From contig OZ250150.1 in assembly GCA_965237675.1 (NCBI GenBank), positions 5,312,001 to 5,376,000 on the forward strand: DNA of 64,000 nt, given 5' to 3'. Within the stretch, counting starts at the first letter, position 1; each line of letters starts with the position of its first letter. Origin of the DNA: Candidatus Latescibacterota bacterium (GTDB lineage: Bacteria; Latescibacterota; UBA2968; GCA-2709665). Under the pieces are notes generated by a model that ran no database searches, was not told the DNA's origin, and saw nothing but the letters and a program-made list of their open reading frames with translations. Positions 39,554 to 49,795 of the stretch are shown one piece after another. The position numbers and the translations under genes were made by a program.

Positions 39554-40387
39554 TTACCGCGCCTCCGGAACTTCCACCGGCAGATCCAGCCGGTCGCCCC
39601 ATTCCTTCCACGACCCGATATAGTTGCGCACATTTCGATAGCCCAGCAGGCGCAACGCCAGGTACGAATGGGAGGAACGGTACCCGCCCTGTCAGTAACA
39701 TGCCACCGTCTGCTCCGGTGTCACGCCTGCACGTTCGTACATTGCGCGCAACTCAGGCGCCGGCTTGAAGGCACCGGTCTCATCCAGGTTGTTCAGATAT
39801 TCGATGTGTACCGCATCGGGAATGGCGCCCCCCCGGGCCGAACGCGCCACCCGCCCATAGTACTCATCGTCGCTCCGCGTATCCAACGGCACGAAATCCG
39901 CCCTTCCCAGCGAATCCCGAATCTCCTCGAAACCGATATGGCGTTCCGCCACCGGCGCGATGTCAAACGTGGCCTGATCCGGAATCGGGACCTCAACCGT
40001 GGTCTCGAATCCCTCCGTCATCCAGGCCTGAAGCCCCCCGTCCAGAACATGCACGTCGCGGTGACCCAGATACTCGCATATCCAGAAACCCCGGGCCGCC
40101 CGCATCCCCGAGTCGTTTTCGTAAAACACCACCGCGGCATCGGAGCCGATCCCCCGGCTTCCCATCAGGTAGGCCAGGGTCCACATGAACCCGTCAAACG
40201 CCTCCTGCCCGGTGTTGTTCAGACTGATACCGTAAAGGTCCAGGTGCAGCGCCCCCGGAATATGCCCCGATACGTATTCGTGGGTGGGCCGGACGTCCAC
40301 GATGCATAACTTACCCTCGTGCATACGACGGTGCAACCGGCCAGGCGTCATCAACAGATCCGGATTCGCATATCCTTTGTCGTCCAT
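39554..40387 (-). CDS. Tandem-domain rhodanese/sulfurtransferase, probable selenoprotein (UGA at 39692-39694)
   Basis: The frame continues past TGA: [36 protein letters not shown], to TAA at 39554. TGA occupies the catalytic Cys position. Confidence 0.85.
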
Positions 40388-40631
40388 CACCGTCCCTCCT
40401 GCTTGTAATAGGCCTTGACGTCTATACATCGCCCGCCCTGGCGTGCCGAATCCGATCCCGCCAGGATGGGCGCCAGAGAATACAGACCATTGTGATAGTC
40501 GTTCAGAATACCACCGGGCCGATCCGAACGCACCGCCTCCACAAAAATCCGATCCTGCTCGAACCACGCGATCCACACCCCGTGACGAGTCCACCAGGAT
40601 ATTGGGTGCCTCCCCTGTCATCTGCACGTGG

Positions 40632-41909
40632 CTACCCCCTCGTCAGGGATTCCGCCGTCTGTACGATCACCTGCTCTTCCCCCTGGAAACGGGCGGGCTC
40701 GCCGTAGTAGGGGTATGCATTGGGCTCGTACCCGCCCTCCTCGTAGTGCCGGTCGGTACAGAGGTATCCGATCTCGTCATTCGCGTATCCCACCGGCCAC
40801 ACATCGTCCGCGTCCACCATCCCCCTCAGTCGTTTCTCGATCGCATGTCCGATCTCCTGGACCGGCTCACCCGGTATGGTAATGCACGTTAACGGACCCA
40901 CCGCCATCAACTGCATCTCCGTCGCCCGGCTTTCCGGGATCCCGCCGCTTTCGATCATCTCCAACACGCGGTTCGCCCACGGCCCGATAAAAAGGCGCCC
41001 CCTCGCGCTCTCGTCAGTCGCCGTCGCCCGAAGTTTCTCCACCGGATCGTGCTCGCCGTAAGGGATCCGCACATCCAGTCGCCGCGCGTTCAATTGGGAG
41101 GACCGCCGGGTCTTCAGACTCTCCGCTACGCGAACCACCTCGCGGCCCAACTCCTCGCCACAGGCATCCAGCTCGGCCTTGCTCGCGGACTTGAAGCCTC
41201 CGGTCTCCGGGTTTACCACGGCGGGTCGGACATTACCGAAACACCCCGCCAGGAACAACGCCTTACAGCCGATCGCCTCTTCAATTACCCTGCGGGCGAT
41301 GCCCGCATAATCTGGCGAAATGTAGCCTTCGGAACCGCTCTTGGTCGTCGTATGGCAGGAGTAGTGGAACAGCACAGCAAGCGGCGCCCCGTCTTCCGTC
41401 TCCACCCGGAGCACCCGCGCGCGCCGGTCCACTATACCGCCGAAATTCTGCATCATACTGGACGTGCGCGGCAGCGGCCTGCGGCAGATATTGAAATGGA
41501 CCGAACCACAGCCCACTCCGAACCGGACCGGCTTCAGGTCCGCCGCCGCGCGCGCGATGCTTGACGCGGTCTCCGTCTCGATTTTCTCCATCCACTCCTC
41601 CGGTGGCGCCATCCCCAGCGAGGGCAGCGCGGCCGGCGCGGAATGGGTATGGCTGCAGGCCACCATCACGTGATCACCGGGGATACCGCATGCCGCGTTC
41701 ACCCGCGCCCGGATCCGATCGGTCGTCTCTTTTGTCACTCCTATCGCATCGACTGTGGCTATCGCCGTCCGAGTGTCCGCCACTTCGAACACGATTGCCC
41801 GGACTTCCAGGGGGTACAGCACCGAATGCGAGGGATTCGTGCTCCAATGTCCCTGCAGTACGGGACCCGGTTCAGGGGTGATATCGGCCATTGCTACGCC
41901 GCTCTTCAT
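40632..41909 (-). CDS. Neutral/alkaline ceramidase-like family protein
   Basis: GVAMADITP, CSHTHSAP, HYSCH, SPDYAG, IPGEP, GYAN...GY, EGGYE. Confidence 0.8.
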   Translation of the reverse strand: MKSGVAMADITPEPGPVLQGHWSTNPSHSVLYPLEVRAIVFEVADTRTAIATVDAIGVTKETTDRIRARVNAACGIPGDHVMVACSHTHSAPAALPSLGMAPPEEWMEKIETETASSIARAAADLKPVRFGVGCGSVHFNICRRPLPRTSSMMQNFGGIVDRRARVLRVETEDGAPLAVLFHYSCHTTTKSGSEGYISPDYAGIARRVIEEAIGCKALFLAGCFGNVRPAVVNPETGGFKSASKAELDACGEELGREVVRVAESLKTRRSSQLNARRLDVRIPYGEHDPVEKLRATATDESARGRLFIGPWANRVLEMIESGGIPESRATEMQLMAVGPLTCITIPGEPVQEIGHAIEKRLRGMVDADDVWPVGYANDEIGYLCTDRHYEEGGYEPNAYPYYGEPARFQGEEQVIVQTAESLTRG

Positions 41910-42106
41910 CTTCTCCTCCTTTTGCTGTTTACGGCACACGGGCTACGGAGCCTTGCTTCCATTCCATTTCAATGGATCCGAAAGTCAGACGGTGACTTTG
42001 CACAGGCTTCATTCCAGGCGTACATCGACAGGAACCCTGTATTGAATATAATACACACGTCGGAGAAAGAAAAGGCCGGGTCGCCACGATTCTTCGCGTC
42101 TCAGGC

Positions 42107-42560
42107 TCACCCGGAGGCCTGTTCGAACCGGCAAAAAAAATGGCCCGTCCTCCTCCTGACAGGCCCGTACCCTATTGCGTCGTCAAACAGATATGCCCAT
42201 TCTGCCTTCCGCTCGGCGCGGGTTTCCATCCACTCGTATATCACAGGAAGGAGGACCAGCGTCAACAGGGTCGACGTGATGAGACCGCCAACCACAACGG
42301 ACGCGAGCGGGCGCTGCGTCTCCGCACCGACACCGGAAGACAACAACATCGGCATCAGACCGAGGATGGAGGGGAAGCGCGGCGCCCTTTCGTACCGCTT
42401 CCTCCACGGAGTGTCCGTCCTGCCTGAGTTCGTTGATGAAACTCACGAGGGCGATGCCGTTGAGCATGGCCACGCCGTCGATCGAGGCGATGACATCCTT
42501 GATGTCGATGCTCAGCCGGTCGTGTTCACGCAAAGCGACGCCGGGACGATTTTACTCGTC
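42107..42560 (-). pseudogene. C-terminal fragment of a CusA/CzcA-type RND efflux permease
   Basis: GVAMLNGIALVSFINELR and PMLLSSGVGAETQRPLASVVVGGLITSTLLTLVLLPVIY in different frames; the rest of the gene is absent. Confidence 0.85.
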
Positions 42561-42647
42561 CCGACTCCGAAACAACGGCGTGGCTACGCCGGTTACTCAC
42601 GCGGTAAAAGAACAGGATGAGACAGGAAATTTGCCGATCGCGCGCCG

Positions 42648-43373
42648 CTAATAGGCGAAACTCAAACTGACGCCGCCCCAAACCTGGGTTTGCTCATCCC
42701 TGCCTTCGTTGATGTCTTCGATCCAACGAATAATGCCGATTGTCGGCGACAATGAGAAGTAGCTCCGGCTGGCATTGAGTGAAACCGACACACCTACATG
42801 GTTGAATTCGAATCTGTCGGCGAGGTTGCTGTATCCTAAATCACCGGACACCGCAAGCGAAACATCGCCCTCGGAGGTCAGTTGGAATTCATGTCCGATA
42901 CTGCCGTTAAGATACCAGTAATCGAACAAGCCGAGGTCGCGGTAGAGCGTTAGAGATGGAGACAGAAAACTATCCAGGCTCAGACCGGCGAAGAGTTCTC
43001 CGGTGAGTTTGTCGCCCTTTGTTTGACTCGGAAAGGTGTATTGGATATAACCTGCCGTAAGCCCGACGTTTTCGTACTGTTCTCCCAGGTTGCGGTCGAA
43101 GGTTATCGTGAAGTCGAGTTCATCGCCCGTTTCCTGAATGCTCCGCTGTTTGAGAGCGGCGGAACCCCAGATGTTGAAAGAGAAACCGGATTCCCCGAAG
43201 CCGACGGTGAGAGACGGCTGCGCGGTGGGCTTGTCTGTGGTGACGACGCCCCGGAAGATATAATGGGAGACAAGATCCACGCCGCCCTCAACGGAGACAT
43301 TTCCTATCTGAGCGAATGCGGTACCGGCCAACAGGTTCAGCGTCATAACGACAATGAATATTCGAGTTCCCAT
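42648..43373 (-). CDS. Putative outer-membrane beta-barrel (TorF-like porin)
   Basis: Signal peptide ending AFA; DLVSHYIFRG, AQP, ELD, GYIQYTFP; terminal aromatic residue. Confidence 0.7.
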   Translation of the reverse strand: MGTRIFIVVMTLNLLAGTAFAQIGNVSVEGGVDLVSHYIFRGVVTTDKPTAQPSLTVGFGESGFSFNIWGSAALKQRSIQETGDELDFTITFDRNLGEQYENVGLTAGYIQYTFPSQTKGDKLTGELFAGLSLDSFLSPSLTLYRDLGLFDYWYLNGSIGHEFQLTSEGDVSLAVSGDLGYSNLADRFEFNHVGVSVSLNASRSYFSLSPTIGIIRWIEDINEGRDEQTQVWGGVSLSFAY

Positions 43374-43525
43374 ATTCTTTATTCCTCGATTCGTTTCGGG
43401 TGATTTCCGGTCAGGATACCGCCCGGACCGGAAGTTGACGGAACCTTCATGAATTCGTGTTGAGAGGAAAATGCGGCGGGTAAGAGCATCGGGGTAGGCG
43501 GCGATCCGACCCGGTGTTTCCCTTT

Positions 43526-43568
43526 CCCACAAAACAATCCCCCGCCCCCGGGGGATTGTTTTGTGGGT
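43526..43568. terminator. Long hairpin CCCACAAAACAATCCCCCG...CGGGGGATTGTTTTGTGGG downstream of amtB
   Basis: 19-bp perfect inverted repeat. Confidence 0.6.
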
Positions 43569-43647
43569 TGCCCCAGCTACTCTTGACCTGATAATAAACG
43601 ATTCTTTATCGATTCTCATACCCTATGGTGAAAGACTGGCCTGTTGA

Positions 43648-44970
43648 CTAGATGGTGTAACCGGTTTCGCCGTGATCGCTGACGTCGAGTCCGGTGTCCT
43701 CCCCTTCATCGTCGATACGCAGTCCGACGATGGCGTCGACAATCTTCAGCAGAAGGAAAGAAACCACAATGGAATAGATGGCTGTGACGACGGCGGCAAA
43801 GACCTGGACCTTCAACTGGTTCGCGATGTCCAGGTCGGCTACCGATCCGCCAAACATGGAAGACGCGAGGAATCCCACCAAGATCACGCCGGTGAGACCG
43901 CCGACGCCATGGACGCCCACGACGTCCAGGCTATCATCATAGCCGACTTTTGACTTGAATACGGTAGAGGCATAATAGCAGAGTGCCCCGGCGGTTATGC
44001 CGATGACCAAAGCGCCGATCGGACCCACGGTTCCGGATGCCGGCGTAATCGCGGCAAGACCGGCGATCGCGCCGGTTGCAAACCCGACGGCAGTGGGTTT
44101 GCCGTATCGAATCCACTCGATGGCGATCCAGGTCAAAGCCGCAAGGGAGGGTGAGATCTGGGTGACCAGCAGCGCCATCGTGGCCTGGCCGTTGGCGGCG
44201 AGCGCGCTGCCGCCGTTGAAGCCGAACCAGCCCACCCACAGGATGGCCTTTCCGGTCAGGACCATGGGAATATTGTGAGGCGGCGCAGTCTGCTCCGGAT
44301 GCATTTTGCGCTTGCCGACGACAATACACGCTACCAGGGCCGAAAATCCTGCGGTCATGTGCACGACGATGCCACCGGCGAAGTCGAAGACCCCCATGTC
44401 GCCGAAGAAGGAGCCCTCACCTCCCCAGACCATGTGGGCGATGGGGAAATAGACCACCGTCACCCATAGTCCGGTAAACCACAATGCGGCCGAAAACTTC
44501 ATGCGTTCGGCGAAGGCGCCGACCATCAGGGCCGGGGTGATGATGGCAAAAGTAAGCTGAAATGCGACGAAAATCGGCTCCGGAATGGTGCCCGTCAGGG
44601 CATCGGGGGTCACGCCGCTGAGGAATGCCTTGCCGAATCCGCCAAAAAATGCGTGCAATCCGCGTTCCCCTGCGACCATGCCTGTCGAATCAAAAACAAT
44701 GCTGTAACCGAAGACGATCCACAACACAGTGACCAGGGCGGTGATCCCGAAACACTGCATGAACATGGATAGCACGTTTTTCGACGGAACCAGGCCGGCG
44801 TAAAACATGGCGAGACCGGGCAGGGTCATGAATAACACGAGCGCCGTTGCCGTGATGACCCAGGCCGTGTCTCCGGCGTTCGGCTGACCGGCGAAAGCCG
44901 CTTCGGGCAAGGCCAGCAAGGCCAATAAGAGCGTGCCTCCAACCAGCAACCAGTATTTTCGACAGTTCAT
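43648..44970 (-). CDS. amtB: Ammonium transporter
   Basis: LFMTLPGLAMFYAG, FQLTFAIITPAL, AERMKF, DFAGGIVVH, LWVGWFGFNGGS, DDSLDVVGVHG. Confidence 0.96.
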   Translation of the reverse strand: MNCRKYWLLVGGTLLLALLALPEAAFAGQPNAGDTAWVITATALVLFMTLPGLAMFYAGLVPSKNVLSMFMQCFGITALVTVLWIVFGYSIVFDSTGMVAGERGLHAFFGGFGKAFLSGVTPDALTGTIPEPIFVAFQLTFAIITPALMVGAFAERMKFSAALWFTGLWVTVVYFPIAHMVWGGEGSFFGDMGVFDFAGGIVVHMTAGFSALVACIVVGKRKMHPEQTAPPHNIPMVLTGKAILWVGWFGFNGGSALAANGQATMALLVTQISPSLAALTWIAIEWIRYGKPTAVGFATGAIAGLAAITPASGTVGPIGALVIGITAGALCYYASTVFKSKVGYDDSLDVVGVHGVGGLTGVILVGFLASSMFGGSVADLDIANQLKVQVFAAVVTAIYSIVVSFLLLKIVDAIVGLRIDDEGEDTGLDVSDHGETGYTI

Positions 44971-45250
44971 GATACCCTCCTTAGTATTCACCGGCGAATA
45001 GGTTGAGAACCAAGAATGACCCGAATGTTCCGAGTCATACTTAAGTGTCGAAATGGTTCAATGTCAAGCGGAATTTCCGCAGAATGAACCAGGCCGTAGG
45101 GCCGGGGGCGGCACGCAATCGCTCCCCATCGGGATAGGACGCCGGCATGGCCGGGGACCGCCACCTGCCTAACGCACGATCTGCCTGTCTGCGTCAATTT
45201 TCCCAGTACCCATGAAGGCAATCTGCTCCGTTAACCGGGAACGACTCGGG

Positions 45251-45778
45251 TTACTTATTCATGCGAGTGTGTTCAGACTGGAACTTCAGAAGCAAGTTCC
45301 CCATGTTGTCCTTCATGACGAACGTCGTTTCATATTTCCCTTCGCCCGAGAACCGATTCACAATTTTTCCTTCAATGCCCAAACCGAAATCCATGTACTT
45401 CCACGTCATGGTCCCGGTTTTTTCGTCCCACGCACCAACCCAGAAGCTGTGTCCTCCTTCAGAATCGAATGACCACTTGTGATACGCGTTGCTGTTCGCA
45501 TCGTAGCGGTGAATCTCACGCGTCTCATGCGCGCCGCTGAAGCTGGATATCTGTTGATATTGGCTGCCCAGAATCCACCGGCCCGTTGAAGTTCCCGATA
45601 GCTCAGCCGCCTTGAGCGACCATGCCGCGGGCTTGAGTTCGGTGTGATGCTTCCAACTTCCATGCCATTTGTTCAGGACCTTCGCCTTGGCTGATTCCTT
45701 CGCGAAAACTGGACCATCACACAAAGCCGTTGCAAGGACCATCGCGGCCGTTGTTACGAATATTGGGTTCAATTTCAT
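45251..45778 (-). CDS. Exported hypothetical protein (DUF1579-like beta-barrel)
   Basis: Signal peptide ending VFA; LNKWHGSW...RWILG...YD....Y.KW.FDS.G pattern. Confidence 0.6.
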   Translation of the reverse strand: MKLNPIFVTTAAMVLATALCDGPVFAKESAKAKVLNKWHGSWKHHTELKPAAWSLKAAELSGTSTGRWILGSQYQQISSFSGAHETREIHRYDANSNAYHKWSFDSEGGHSFWVGAWDEKTGTMTWKYMDFGLGIEGKIVNRFSGEGKYETTFVMKDNMGNLLLKFQSEHTRMNK

Positions 45779-45810
45779 TCCTTTCCGCCGTCCCCGAATC
45801 GGCAAAACGC

Positions 45811-47289
45811 CTACTCGAACCAGTAAGAAAACAGATTCGCCTGCCTGAGGTAGAACTTAAGCCTGATTTCCTTTCCCTTCAGCGGGTTCAGATCCGCCCG
45901 CTCCATCCAGGTTAACCGATAGGCCATCGCGTTTCCATCCAGGGTGGCGCAACGGACCATGGCGTATTCAGGCGCGTGGAATCCATCCTGTTCGATCACT
46001 GACGCCGACAGTTCTCCGCCGCGGGCATCCGCATTCACGTAAAGCCTGCCGCCTGGACAGACAAACGGCTTCGTGACCATCCACCCGGCCTGTTCCAACG
46101 CGCCCATACTTACAAACCCGTCCCGCCGCAGCCGGGCAAGCCCCGGAAGCTGCATGTAGGACAAACCGTGGCTGTGCACGGCCATTCCGTAATAGAACCA
46201 GAGTTCGTCTCCCACGGCCACGGGCGAGTTGGAGGGCCAGATAACCCCGGAATCCAGCCCCCCGGGAGTCGTATCCAGAAACGGCACGCGCCCTTCCGAC
46301 CGGTTCCAGTGAACCCCGTCCCGGCTCGTCACCAATTCAATATAGCACCGGCCCAGCATGGCGGAATGGGCCGGCCAATTTGGCAGCCGGTAGGGAAACC
46401 GCTTGGGTCGCTCTTCGGCGAACCCTTCATGCACGCACAACAACCCCACATACATCCCCTCGTAAAAAAAGACCCCGATCGCCTGGAACTCCGTGCCGTC
46501 CGGATCGTCGCCATCCGGCGCAAGCACCGTTTCGAGTTCCGTCCACTCGGTCAAATCCTCGCTCTCGCTCCTGGCAACGATCCGAATCGCGATACCCTCG
46601 AGATCGATCGCCTGATCGGGTCGGGCGACCTGGGGGCGAAAATACGCCACGTAGCGTCCGATATCCGCGTCCCATCCGGCCAGACAGTTCAGCCCGTCCG
46701 AATGCCCGATCCGACTGGGCACGTGTACCTTCTCCACGTCTGACCACGACACGCCGTCCGGGGAAAGGCTTATGTTGTGGGGATAATACAACATCTTATA
46801 CCTTCGGGCGTCATCTGCTTCATGGTCGTCGATGACGACGCATGGCAGCGACCCCGGCGGCTCGAACAACACGTTGTTTTCCAGGCTCCCGTTGATCTCG
46901 ACCCGATTCAACGCCGGAAGCCGCCAGTGGACCCCGTTGTGCGATTCCGCGTATGCCACCACGGGCGACCCTCCACCGTACCCGAAGTCCTTGATCCCCG
47001 GGGGCCGGGTCTGATAATACATCTGGAACGTGCCGGACGGGCTCCTGACCACCGACGTGGGTACAAGTACGTTGCTCAGAAATTTCTCAACGCCACCCTC
47101 CCGCGGTACCCGATCCTCCTCGTATCTCACGCCCTCCCTCGCGTCGTGAAACGCGTTTCCCACCAGCAGGGGATTCCCAACGTATTTGACCGGGGAGTGG
47201 TAGTGCCGGGCAACACGGTAGGTCTCTCCGACCCCCTCGTCGTCCAGAAACAACTGCCGAATGCATTCAACCTGCATTGGGGAACGCAT
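45811..47289 (-). CDS. Beta-propeller glycoside hydrolase-like protein (GH32/43-like)
   Basis: AESHNGVHW, SPDGVSW, SRDGVHW repeats; LARLRRDGFVS; LYVNADA. Confidence 0.7.
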   Translation of the reverse strand: MRSPMQVECIRQLFLDDEGVGETYRVARHYHSPVKYVGNPLLVGNAFHDAREGVRYEEDRVPREGGVEKFLSNVLVPTSVVRSPSGTFQMYYQTRPPGIKDFGYGGGSPVVAYAESHNGVHWRLPALNRVEINGSLENNVLFEPPGSLPCVVIDDHEADDARRYKMLYYPHNISLSPDGVSWSDVEKVHVPSRIGHSDGLNCLAGWDADIGRYVAYFRPQVARPDQAIDLEGIAIRIVARSESEDLTEWTELETVLAPDGDDPDGTEFQAIGVFFYEGMYVGLLCVHEGFAEERPKRFPYRLPNWPAHSAMLGRCYIELVTSRDGVHWNRSEGRVPFLDTTPGGLDSGVIWPSNSPVAVGDELWFYYGMAVHSHGLSYMQLPGLARLRRDGFVSMGALEQAGWMVTKPFVCPGGRLYVNADARGGELSASVIEQDGFHAPEYAMVRCATLDGNAMAYRLTWMERADLNPLKGKEIRLKFYLRQANLFSYWFE

Positions 47290-47481
47290 CGCGATTCCTC
47301 CGGATATGGAAAACACGAAACAAAACGGCCGACACGGTCTTTGCCTGGTCGCCCGCAGGAGGTGCCATTACGACGAACTCCAGAATAATACGCTTGCACG
47401 GTGTTCAATTTTGGGCACTGCGCCCTCGAGGCGCTCTCAATACCAAACCGGTTTAAGTATAATCGCAAAGACACAATGGCT

Positions 47482-48675
47482 TCATCTACTGTCTGAGTTG
47501 TAGCGGGTGAGACCTTGTTTCGACTTCGCTAGGGGATGTTGCAGAAAGTGCTGGTCTAAGGCATCTCCGATAGTCCTGAGTCTGCGTTGCGCCGCGATCT
47601 TCCGTACGGCGACACCATCCCTCCAGACAATCGGCCTTTTTTTCCGCAGACTGCGTTCATAGGCCAGTTTTTCGAGCGCGTCGTCCTCGAAGATGCCGCT
47701 GGTCCAAAACTCGTAGGTCTGTTGGTATTCGCGTAAGTTTTCCTGCGCGGCCACGTAGTCCTGCATGACGGGAAGCTTATTAAGCCATTTGTTCACCTCT
47801 TGGAGCGATACGTTTCCCCCTGGAACCTTGCCCTTGCACTCTATGATGTGTACCGAATAGGCTTCTGTCACACAAACCACATCTAGATCGGCTCTATCGA
47901 CGGTTTCACGATGAATGTGGTGGACGCCAAATTCAACTTTTCCGCCGAATTCACGCTTAGCGATATAGCCTGCGATCATTTCAAACAGTATACCCCGCAT
48001 ATTGCCGGCCCGGCCTTCGATTTCTGTAAGGCGGTCGAGAAGACCGTAAAACTCACTCTCGCTGACCGAAGCAATAGTAGAAACGTTTCTTAAGATAGAC
48101 ATCAAGTCGGCGAGGGCGTGCGCTACCTGCGATCCAAATAGGTTTTCGGGTGTCGACAACATCAGTCCACTCTTGTGGCCCTCGGTCATGGCATCCCCTG
48201 TAAAGCTCTTGGCCATTAGGATCGGGAAAAGTGGACCGCTGTTTGAGGTTTTCTGGCAGGTCTGCACTTTCCGGATAAAATACCGGATATGCGGAACACC
48301 CATTTCCCCTTCGGCGAACACATCGGCCACAACAAAGCCGTGCCGGATGTTTTTACGCCTAAGGGAAAGCAGATAGCTCGGTCCGTTTAGATCCCATTTG
48401 AACTGGCCCACCATACGGTGCGGGGTTTCACCTCGAATAGTTATGGTGTTGCGACTGCCAATGCCGTTCTTCCACGCCCATTCACGAAGGCCGTCCAGTA
48501 GGACACCTTCGGTGAGGCGCCGTGCTTTGATATGGACCGTTCTCAGTTTCCGTATCAAAACGTCGGGCTTTGCGACGAAACACAGACCGAGATCAGCGAT
48601 TTCACGATTTCCGATAACACCAAGTTCGGTGAGCGCATTGATGATTGGTTTCATTTGAATGTCACAGTGCTCCAT
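47482..48675 (-). CDS. PD-(D/E)xK restriction-endonuclease-like protein
   Basis: GILFE...ADLDVV...IIECKG C-terminal nuclease motif; an earlier REase-like segment (E...WDL...FVVADV); lower GC than the flanks. Confidence 0.65.
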   Translation of the reverse strand: MEHCDIQMKPIINALTELGVIGNREIADLGLCFVAKPDVLIRKLRTVHIKARRLTEGVLLDGLREWAWKNGIGSRNTITIRGETPHRMVGQFKWDLNGPSYLLSLRRKNIRHGFVVADVFAEGEMGVPHIRYFIRKVQTCQKTSNSGPLFPILMAKSFTGDAMTEGHKSGLMLSTPENLFGSQVAHALADLMSILRNVSTIASVSESEFYGLLDRLTEIEGRAGNMRGILFEMIAGYIAKREFGGKVEFGVHHIHRETVDRADLDVVCVTEAYSVHIIECKGKVPGGNVSLQEVNKWLNKLPVMQDYVAAQENLREYQQTYEFWTSGIFEDDALEKLAYERSLRKKRPIVWRDGVAVRKIAAQRRLRTIGDALDQHFLQHPLAKSKQGLTRYNSDSR

Positions 48676-49021
48676 TTATTAACGATCAAAGGATGATGGC
48701 ATCTGCACACATCAAATAACATTTAAAAAATCAACCATTTAAATTAGAAATTACACCATCCAATTGTTATGGTGGGTATCACAAGACGCGCCAAAAACCG
48801 ACTGTCGGCAACCAACCTAGGAAGCTAGCCCCTATGTATTGACGGGCAAGTGAAAGACCTCGTTCAGGGCGGAAGCACACCTCGTCACAGGTCAGATATC
48901 TCGAAGCAATCCACGGTATCGGGCCGGCGACGATGCGCGCACGGGGACCTTCCACGAACGAGCCGAAATCAAACGAGGTCCGGCCTTCCGCGGTCCCTTG
49001 ACGTTGTCCTACTATACTCTC

Positions 49022-49306
49022 TTAGGCCGAGAAACGAAGCTTTATGCCGCAGGCGGCAGAGACTTTCGCTAATGTATCGAGTCGCGGATTTCGTTGACCG
49101 GAAAGAGCTCGAGAAAGGGCTACGCGATCCAGCTTTGCCCGGCGTGCGAGCGCAGACACGCCACCCCGCGCCTCAGCAACGTTCCGAAACGCCTTCATGA
49201 GCAAGCGCGGATCGTCGCCCATTTCCTCTATCGCCGCGTTCAGATAAGCGGCGGCGTCCTCGGGCGTCTTGAGATAATCGCTGGCCTTATGTTCTCTCAC
49301 GGGCAT
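49022..49306 (-). CDS. Addiction-module antidote (HTH) protein
   Basis: DYLKTPEDAAAYL...VAEARGGVSALA...LS..RNPRLDTL. Confidence 0.9.
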   Translation of the reverse strand: MPVREHKASDYLKTPEDAAAYLNAAIEEMGDDPRLLMKAFRNVAEARGGVSALARRAKLDRVALSRALSGQRNPRLDTLAKVSAACGIKLRFSA

Positions 49307-49625
49307 TTCGTTTCTCCTGTTTGTACGCTTTCCAACAATTTCCGGCATTTGCGATGTCGCGGGCTTGACGCTTCTTAGTACCGCCGCCACACAGAATCAC
49401 GAGTTCGTCACCCTCGCGGCCATAGTAAACCCGATATCCCGGCCCGAAGTCTATGCGGAGCTCGAAGACACCTCCGCCGACACTGTGGCGATCACCGAAG
49501 TTACCCAGTTCCACTCGATCGATGCGTATCTGGATGCGAGCACGGGCTTCGGGACTCTGTTTCCGAAACCATTCATCAAAAAAATCAAAACCGCTTTCCG
49601 AAACGTAATGAAGTACCCTGATCAT
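49287..49625 (-). CDS. Addiction-module killer protein, RelE/ParE family toxin
   Basis: GNFGD.HSVGGGVFELRIDFGPGYRVYY...LCGGGTKKRQARDI. Confidence 0.92.
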   Translation of the reverse strand: MIRVLHYVSESGFDFFDEWFRKQSPEARARIQIRIDRVELGNFGDRHSVGGGVFELRIDFGPGYRVYYGREGDELVILCGGGTKKRQARDIANAGNCWKAYKQEKRNARERT

Positions 49626-49632
49626 TGAGTAG

Positions 49633-49662
49633 TATTGTAGTCAATTGACTACAATATGTCAA
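49633..49662 (-). promoter_or_regulatory. Promoter TTGACA-N17-TACAAT with an embedded perfect 24-bp operator palindrome
   Basis: TATTGTAGTCAATTGACTACAATA (49633-49656) overlaps the spacer and -10. Confidence 0.85.
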
Positions 49663-49795
49663 GTGCATTCAATTCGGCGGCCCACTCGTCGAGACGAGAT
49701 CTCGCGAACCGATCGGCTAACTTTACACACCTCAATTGGGTTCGCGAGTATCGACACATTGACAGCCGACCTTTTTCGCCGCGCGTCCTTTTCGA

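Noticed and set aside
39692-40627. Truncated sulfurtransferase pseudogene, or the longer N-terminus in the ORF track
   Set aside because: The TGA aligns with the catalytic Cys and the downstream frame is conserved. The RBS-supported start is ATG 40387.
48857-48980. Long-range GACCTCGTT/AACGAGGTC pairing as an ncRNA
   Set aside because: A single 9-bp stem without supporting promoter, terminator or inner structure; could be chance.
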